A stretch of DNA of 64,000 nt from Mobula hypostoma. Its lineage: Eukaryota. Location: positions 9,798,001 to 9,862,000 of the forward strand of contig NC_086101.1 in the NCBI RefSeq assembly GCF_963921235.1, written 5' to 3'. Positions within the stretch are counted from its first letter, which is position 1. Every line of letters starts with the position of its first letter. A program made the position numbers and the translations under genes. The notes under the pieces were generated by a model. That model saw only the letters and a program-made list of their open reading frames with translations, did no database searches and was not told the DNA's origin. This document shows positions 63,956 to 64,000 of the stretch, in pieces.

Positions 63956-64000
63956 GCTCTTCTGATTCTCACTGACATTTGGGATCCTAAAGTACAATCC

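Overview
This is vertebrate genomic DNA, most likely a cartilaginous fish (ray or shark), inferred from HE1/V-SINE-like repeats, dense CR1 LINEs and Penelope-derived repeats. It is not prokaryotic. Most of the window is nested, decayed retroelements: many CR1 LINE fragments (one near-complete copy at ~39.66-43.69 kb, minus strand), Rex1/Babar-type LINEs, RTE, Penelope-like elements carrying minimal hammerhead ribozyme motifs, two Gypsy relics, a Ty1/Copia (GalEa-like) relic with an intact LTR, SINEs and tiny MITEs. I could not identify any host protein-coding exon with confidence. The most notable structures are: (1) a three-copy inverted/direct promoter-like module (CCAAT-N5-kappaB-N7-CCAAT followed by a conserved CAG|GTCGGT) at 37.2-39.6 kb; (2) a ~100-unit 30-bp minisatellite that arose inside a LINE reverse-transcriptase sequence and is split by a duplicated chimeric spacer (44.4-50.1 kb); (3) a CpG-island promoter with an ATG-less first exon behind a ~190-bp (CT)n tract (51.3-52.1 kb); (4) a ~1.2-kb Penelope hairpin with ribozyme motifs inside a tandem duplication; and (5) a kappaB/kappaB/IRF-E cluster at 6.7 kb. 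All coordinates were read by eye and element boundaries are approximate. Family names come from motif recognition, not from database searches.
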